41,216 nucleotides of DNA from NCBI RefSeq assembly GCF_004010195.1, contig NC_057750.1, positions 13,058,175-13,099,390 on the forward strand, given 5' to 3'. The DNA is from Chiloscyllium plagiosum. Taxonomy: Eukaryota. Both the position numbers and the translations under genes were made by a program. Of the stretch, positions 36,110 through 41,216 are shown piece by piece; positions within the stretch are counted from its first letter, which is position 1, and the number at the start of each line of letters is the position of its first letter. The notes below the pieces were generated by a model, which was given only the letters and a program-made list of their open reading frames with translations, made no database searches and had not been told where the DNA came from.

Positions 36110-36450
36110 TGGTGCACTGGACTGGTATGCCAAGGTTAATATTTGGGGATAGAGGTTCAAACCACACCACAGCAGTAGGCAGAATTTAAATTCCATAAAC
36201 ACAATGTGTAGTGAAGGTGCCAGCCATTACCAATCCTTGTAAAAGCCCATCTGGTTCACTAATGCCCCTATTGGGAGAGAAATCTGCCATCTTTACCCAG
36301 TCTGGTCTACATGTGACTCCAGACCCACAGCAATGGGGTTAACTCTGAACTGCCCTCTGAAATGGCTGATCGGACCCTTCAGTTCAAGAGGCAATTGGGA
36401 AATTGGTGACAAATGCCGAGCTTGCCAGCGATGCCCACCTCCCAAAGACT
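36110..36450 (+). mobile_element. SacSINE1/Deu-type SINE
   Basis: tctggtctacatgtgactccagacccacagcaatgg..tgccctctgaaatggc. Confidence 0.7.
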
Positions 36451-36592
36451 TTTTTTTTTATTTTTACAAAATGAAGGGGACATAAATAATGCCTGAGCCA
36501 CTCATCAGGAAATATCTCCCCAGGGTTGGATGTTAAATCAAGGCCCTATTTCCCAAGAGGTAAGGGCTAGAACAGGACCATTTTCCCTGAGA

Positions 36593-36950
36593 CGGGCAGC
36601 ACGGTGGGTCAGTGGTTAGCACTGCTGCCTCACAGCGCCAGGGACCCAGGTTCGATTCCAGTCTCGGGCGACTGTGTGGAGATTGCACATTCTCCCCGTG
36701 TCTGTACGGGTTTCCCCCAGATGCTCTGGCTTCCTCACACAGTCCAAACCTGTTCAGGCTAAGGTGGATTGGCAGTGCTAAAGTGTTCATAGTGTCCTGG
36801 AATGTTAAGGCTAGGTGGATTAGCCATGGGAGATGCAGGGTTACAGGGAGAAGGTAGGGGGATGGGTCTGGGTGGGATGCGTTTCGGAGGGTTGGTGTTG
36901 GCTTGATGGGCTGAATGGCCTGCTTCCACACCGTAGGGATTCAATGATTT
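36593..36950 (+). mobile_element. HE1-type SINE
   Basis: gggcagcacggtgg..GGTTCGATTCC..gcctgcttccacaccgtaggga. Confidence 0.9.
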
Positions 36951-37436
36951 ACCCGTAGACAAACATCACTAAAACAGATCGTTATCCAATCTTTCAGGGG
37001 TTTTAAGTACACTTCAACATATCGAAAGGAATTGAATGGCTGTGAGTCAGGTTAAAGCACCCTGTCATGGCACTAATGTTCATTCTGTCTCCCTGCTTCA
37101 GAAGCAAGAATGCAATAATATCTGGGGGGAGGTCAGTCCAGCGGGATCCAACCTTTTATTTTCACTTCGTAATGCTCTGGTATTCTTTCGATAGCGCCCA
37201 CCCCATCCCGGTGCCAGTCCAGCATCAGCAAGTAGCACCAAAGGAGCCACTAACCCTCCACTTGAGGTGCCCGCCATTTCTGACAGATACGTGGGTGGTG
37301 GAACCAATGTGCCAATATCCCAACCGCCAACCTCCGGCCACGCTTCCACCCCACCCCCCCCCTCCCCCCCCCCACCCCCCCACTGGCAGCTCATTCCATA
37401 TTGTACCACCCTCAGTGTAAAAAAAGTTCCACCTCA

Positions 37437-37978
37437 AGAGAGAGAGAGAGAGAGAGTCATCCAACCCCTCGAGGGATCATCACTGATGATGATGATGATG
37501 ATGTCAATGCGCCTGATGAGATTCCAATGGTCCATGAGTACAGCCACTGAAAATAACCAGCCACCGTTGCTAAGACAGGAAGCCCGAGGTTAACAACGAC
37601 CCAATTCCAACTCTGGTCTCGGGTTTCCCAACCCAAGAGCCCACGGGCACAGGCGTGCGTTGCAATGTCCATTACCATTGGCCTCCATCAAGACTCTCCC
37701 AAGGAGCAAGGTGTGCCCTCGGTCAATGGCAATTCAAAGAGATACCCATCTCCCACACACCACCGCGTCCCCAGAGCCTTGATGGTGCCCAGCAATGCCT
37801 ATCCCATGCCAAGTCATGCTGTGGGCAAACAGAGCTGGACCGAGATGGTCTAGAGGCCACGCCTTCTGGAGCGCAACACACTCTGCCAATTGGGAAATAG
37901 GCTGCCTGTTTCACTACACATCGCATGTTTGTGTGTGTGTGTGTGTGCATGTGTGCGTGTGTGCGTGTGTGCGTGTGT
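37437..37978. repeat. Microsatellite cluster: (AG)n 37437-37456, (TGA)n 37474-37503, (GT/GCGT)n 37930-37978
   Basis: Visible directly. Confidence 0.9.
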
Positions 37979-38019
37979 ACTAAACTCAAAGCAATAAGAC
38001 TACCCTAGAAATCTCAATG

Positions 38020-38715
38020 TGTCTGCCCGATGCTTCTCTGAATTTGCAAGTTTTGAGAAGATCTGTAGCTCAGGTTGAGGTTCAGTTGTAGGTTTGCTCA
38101 CTGAGCTGGAAGGTTCGTTTCCAGACGTTTCGTCACCCTACTAGGTAACATCATCAGTGAGCCTCTGGTGAAGTGCTGGTGTTCTATCTCACTTTCTATT
38201 GATGTATCCTGGTCTGTTGTGGTGGATGATATTAGTTTTTCTGAGAGGTTGGTAAATGGGGTCCGAAACCTCATCAATAAACACATTGATTTGGTGAACT
38301 TCACCAGTTTCCTCCCAACTATCCGCTCCACCCTCCTCTCTGACCTATCACCTTCATCCCAACCTCCATCCCCCCTATTGCACTCTCGGCTACCTTCTCC
38401 CCATCCCCACTGCCCCTCCCATTTATCTCTCCACCCCGGTGACTACCAGCCTCATTCTTGTTGAAACTTTGACTTTCCTGCTCCTCGGATGGTGCCTGAC
38501 TTGCTGTGCTCTTCCAGCAACACTCTAATCTTGACATCGATTTGGACCCCATTTGCCGACCTCTGAGAATAAGAACGGGAAATGATATCACCCATTTTGA
38601 GAGACCAATTCACATCAATAGAAAGCAGGGCAGAACACCAGCGCTTCACCAGAGGATCACTAATGATGTGAAAACAAGCCTTCCAGCTCAGCGAGCAAGC
38701 TTACAACCTGAACTT
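38020..38715. mobile_element. PLE remnant (family E) with inverted pseudo-LTRs and a nested family A element (~38310-38530)
   Basis: 38080-38185 is the reverse complement of ~38630-38712; INKHIDL-type PLE C-terminus. Confidence 0.8.
38122..38159 (-). ncRNA. Minimal hammerhead ribozyme motif, intact core, sense to meis3 pre-mRNA
   Basis: CA-CUGAUGA-U-GUUACC-UAGUAG-GGUGAC-GAAA-CG-UC^UG; palindromic ACGU at helix III, GUC cleavage triplet. Confidence 0.75.
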
Positions 38716-39043
38716 CTCTGGGTGATACAAGTTGGCGCCTCCATTATAATTGCCCTGAGAGATGATATTCAGCAGTAATGAATGTTACACATTCGCGCGG
38801 CATTTCAAAAACTCTAAAAACAATGGAGTAAAAACAGAACAGTGCAGAGCTAACATGCCATCTTTGCTGGCACAGACAATGTTTTATAAAAGGAAGCTAC
38901 AAAAATCACAGCAGCAAATAAGGCAAAGCTCTCGAGGTGTGTAATACAGTCAGAGCACTGGGGTTGGACTGGATTTGGGCTCTCTCTTCACAGACCGTAC
39001 ATCAGAGAGAGAGACTGGGATCGGGTGGACAAATGCTCCCTAC

Positions 39044-39193
39044 CTGATCGGAGAGGCTGGTGCAGGAGCCGGTGAAATCCTCCAGGTCAGATTTTGAGCC
39101 TCCATCGCGGTCCTCTATCACCAGGTCAATAGGCATCTTGCCCTTCAAGCAGCTGATGTAGCGGTGGCAAAAATTATCACACAATTCGTGGAC
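39044..39193 (-). CDS. meis3: Internal exon (equivalent to Meis exon 6, end of MEINOX/Hth domain) of homeobox protein Meis3: [50 protein letters not shown]
   Basis: Meis signature [29 protein letters not shown] and [10 protein letters not shown] best fit the Meis3 paralogue; 150 nt, phase 0-0; acceptor ..ttccaccgcag|, donor CAG|gtaggg. Confidence 0.92.
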
Positions 39194-39374
39194 CTGCGGT
39201 GGAACCAAGACAGAAACGGGCAAAGGGTGAGCCAAGCAAAGACAGACATGGCCACTCAGGCCGGGGGGGGGGGAACACAGACACTCCACACAGCCACACT
39301 AATACCAGGGGGAATCCAGCAAGCCCACTGCTTGTTGAAGGGCACCAGAGAATCACTTTGCCTTTATACCTACA

Positions 39375-39695
39375 GCTTACACAGTTAATGATAGGGCCCT
39401 GGGGCATACGGTCAAACAGAGGGACCTAGAGGTGCAGGTACATAGAAAGTGGCATCACGGGTGGATAGGGTGGTGACGAAGGAGTTTGGCAATCTTGCCT
39501 TCATTGGTCAGAGGATTGAGCATCGGTGACGAAGGGCTTAGGCCTGAGATATCAGTTCTCCTCGGATGCTGCCTGAGCGGCTGTGCTTTTCCAGCACCAC
39601 ACTCTCGACTCTGATCTCCAACACCTGCAGTCCTCACTTTCTCCTAGATGTTGGGATGTCATGTTGTGTCTGTACAAGACGTTGGAGAGGTCAGT
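39375..39695 (+). mobile_element. CR1 fragment with an inserted family A cassette (~39523-39645)
   Basis: agggacctagaggtgcaggtacatag..gccttcattggtcagaggattgag; gtgacgaagggcttaggcctgaga. Confidence 0.75.
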
Positions 39696-39699
39696 TTTT

Positions 39700-40103
39700 T
39701 TTGTTCCTTCATGCACTCACAGGATGAGGACGTCGCTGGCTAGGCAACATTTATTGCCCATCCTGTAATTGCCCAGAGGGCAGTTATGAGGCAACCACAT
39801 TGACTCTTGTCCATCTCCCACGTGCCACTGCGTCCCAGAGCCTCGATGATGTCCATCCCATGCCAAGCCATGACGTATAGGCCAGAGCGGGTAAGGATGG
39901 CAGTTTCCTTCCCGAAAGGGCATTAATGAAGCAGATGGGGTTTTCCAATTGACAATGGAATCACGAGATTCTTAATTCCAGATACTTACTGGATTTAAAT
40001 TCCACATCTGCTGTGGTGAGATTCGAACCCAGGACCCCAGAGCATTATTTGGGTCACTGGGTTGACAGCCCAGTGATAGTAGCACAGGACCATCGTCTCC
40101 CCT
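39700..40103 (-). mobile_element. SacSINE1/Deu-type SINE
   Basis: catttattgcccatcc..gggtaaggatggcagtttccttcc..gattcgaaccc. Confidence 0.7.
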
Positions 40104-40104
40104 A

Positions 40105-40638
40105 CTGTGTACTGTTCTGGTCGCCCAGAAGGATGTCAGGAGAATGTTATTAAACTGGAAATGGTGTGAAAATGACTAACTAGGATGTTACTGAGACCGG
40201 AGAGTTTGAGTTATAAGGAGAAGCTGAATAGTTTAGGATTTTATCCCCAGGAGCATCGGAGGCTGAAAGTCTATACGTTTGTAAAATCATACGGGGTATG
40301 GGTAGGGTGGATAGACAAGGTCCTTTCCCCAGGGTAGGGGAGTCCAAAAATAGAGGGCATAGATTTAAGATGAGAGGGGAAAGATTTAACAGGGACCTAA
40401 GGGGCAACTTTTTCACACAGAGGGTGGTGCGTGTGGGGAATGAGCTGCCAGAGGATAGGGTGCAGGCTGGTACAATCACAACATTGAAAAGGCATCTGGA
40501 TGGGGACATGAATAGGAAGGGTTTAGAGGGATATGGGCCAAGTGCTGGCAAATGGGACTAGATTAATTTAGGATATCTAGATGGCATGGATGACTTGGGT
40601 CAAAGGGTCTGTTTTTGTGCTGTGTGACTCTATGACTC
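40105..40638 (+). mobile_element. CR1/HER1 LINE 3' end
   Basis: GHRFKMRGERFNRDLRGNFFTQRVV..; tail gactctatgactc. Confidence 0.9.
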
Positions 40639-41216
40639 AAAGGGTTCTTGTATTTCTTTCAACAAATTGAGACCAGGAATTGGAGAGGTGGAAACGTCAT
40701 GTGGGAGATGGAGCCAGAGAGTGTGTTGACAGTGTTCACCCACAGACCAATAGATGTAGGAGAGGCATTCACTGGATTGCAGGTTTCCATTGTCCACCCC
40801 TGCTGTGTATTTCCACCAGGATCTTACAATCCCAGCTCCTATCAGGGTCTGTCACAGCAGGCCGAGGCTGGGTGAAACATCAGCAGATAGGAACTCGGAG
40901 CAGAAGTCAGCTTCTTTGCCAATCCTCTATCCCCATATCATCTTCCCACCTTCTCCCTATCCGTCGGCATGCCGATAATTACTGATCATTTCTCCATCCT
41001 CACCTTCCTGAGGATATTCAGCGACTGTTGGGGGGGAAGATTAGACCCAGCTCCTTCCGAAACACAACCAGCCACCATGTATGTCTCAGTGGGCAAGAGG
41101 GGGAGGGGAGTGAGAGGGAGAGAGGGGAAAGAGGGCGAAAGGGAAAAGAAGCTGAAGGGGGTGAGAGGGGGAAGGGGGTGAAGGGGTGATAGGGTGAGAA
41201 GGTGAAGTCGGTGAGA

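Noticed and set aside
37474..37503. Poly-Met/Asp/Ser run and repeated C-box-like TGATGA (snoRNA)
   Set aside because: Simple (TGA)n microsatellite with no terminal stem or D-box architecture

Overview
Repeat-dense vertebrate genomic DNA from a shark, judged by HE1-type tRNA-derived SINEs and their partner HER1/CR1 LINEs; most of the window is decayed retroelement sequence. There are two assembly gaps (25648-26028; 33017-33516, exactly 500 N). The one securely identified gene segment is a 150-nt internal exon of a TALE-homeobox Meis gene, best matching meis3, on the minus strand (39044-39193). A second, unidentified coding-like exon lies on the plus strand at 19497-19659. The most striking hidden structure is a set of short, often palindromic elements in at least four or five sequence families derived from Penelope-like element (PLE) termini. 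Each carries a minimal hammerhead ribozyme motif (CUGANGA-N-stem II-GAAA-NN-UH), and several are bounded by 10-15 bp target-site duplications (TSDs), so the ~130-210 bp ribozyme cassettes appear to have inserted as units. One intact core lies in sense orientation within the meis3 intron. Most ORFs in the supplied track are LINE/SINE/PLE remnants or gap artefacts. Repeat boundaries are approximate (about 10-20 nt) and family names come from pattern recognition, not database searches.
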